A DNA stretch of 64,000 bases, from contig LNDT01000025.1 of the NCBI GenBank assembly GCA_001464715.1, positions 86,612-150,611 of the forward strand. The letters are read 5' to 3'. How positions within the stretch are numbered: the stretch's first letter is position 1; every line of letters starts with the position of its first letter. The notes under the pieces were generated by a model, which was not told where the DNA came from, searched no databases, and saw nothing but the letters and a program-made list of their open reading frames with translations. Below, piece by piece: positions 63,912 through 64,000 of the stretch. The stretch is from Bdellovibrionales bacterium Ga0074137. Its GTDB lineage: Bacteria; Bdellovibrionota; Bdellovibrionia; Bdellovibrionales; JAMPXM01. Both the position numbers and the translations under genes were made by a program.

Positions 63912-64000
63912 TCGGACGTCTTAAGGGTGTTGTCGAAGCTCGCGAAGGCGAAATGTGCCTCCTCGATGTCGGCGGTGTCGTCTATGAACTCACGTGTTCT
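63908..64000 (+). CDS. ruvA: Holliday junction DNA helicase RuvA (N-terminal fragment, continues past the window)
   Basis: VIGRLKGVVEAREGEMCLLDVGGVVYEL matches the RuvA N-terminus. GTGA overlap with the ruvC stop. Confidence 0.75.
   Translation, partial: MIGRLKGVVEAREGEMCLLDVGGVVYELTCS

Overview
This is a 64 kb bacterial chromosomal window, roughly 50% GC by eye. The gene content looks delta-proteobacterial or Bdellovibrionota-like (AgmX/PglI-type protein, tamB-bamA pair, FliL, L,D-transpeptidase); that taxonomic guess is weak.

Most of the window is ordinary core genome:
- secG, tmk-holB, and the TatD hydrolase.
- The gap-pgk-tpiA operon, ilvA, cmk, and rpsA.
- HIT/epimerase/rhomboid genes, an M16 peptidase pair, and a LysR regulator.
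- rsmB, nusB, ppsR, tamB-bamA, efp, and ruvC-ruvA.

The interesting part is about 15 kb of accessory DNA (about 10.9-25.8 kb) between holB and the TatD-family gene. It contains:
- A 1,3xx-aa Rhs/YD-repeat polymorphic toxin with an HExxH C-terminal domain and an overlapping membrane immunity candidate.
- A candidate 5.9 kb integrative element bounded by imperfect direct repeats. It carries two tandem tyrosine recombinases, a Mom-like GNAT fused to an Xis-type HTH, and an AbiGi-like protein paired with an unknown membrane-anchored protein.
- A displaced orphan Rhs-CT/immunity cassette with a glycine-zipper toxin tip.
- A Shedu (DUF4263) nuclease followed by three uncharacterised membrane-protein genes.

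Outside the island I see:
- REP-like palindromic repeat arrays in inverted orientation after rpsA and after a small ORF at 40.7 kb.
- A dispersed 30-nt motif present three times.
- A perfect 23-bp inverted repeat between lysR and rsmB.
- A stand-alone HNH endonuclease gene.
- A solitary IS200-like HUH/Y1 transposase-like gene.

I recognised no rRNA, tRNA or CRISPR array. All functional calls rest on motif-level reading of the translated ORFs, not on database searches.
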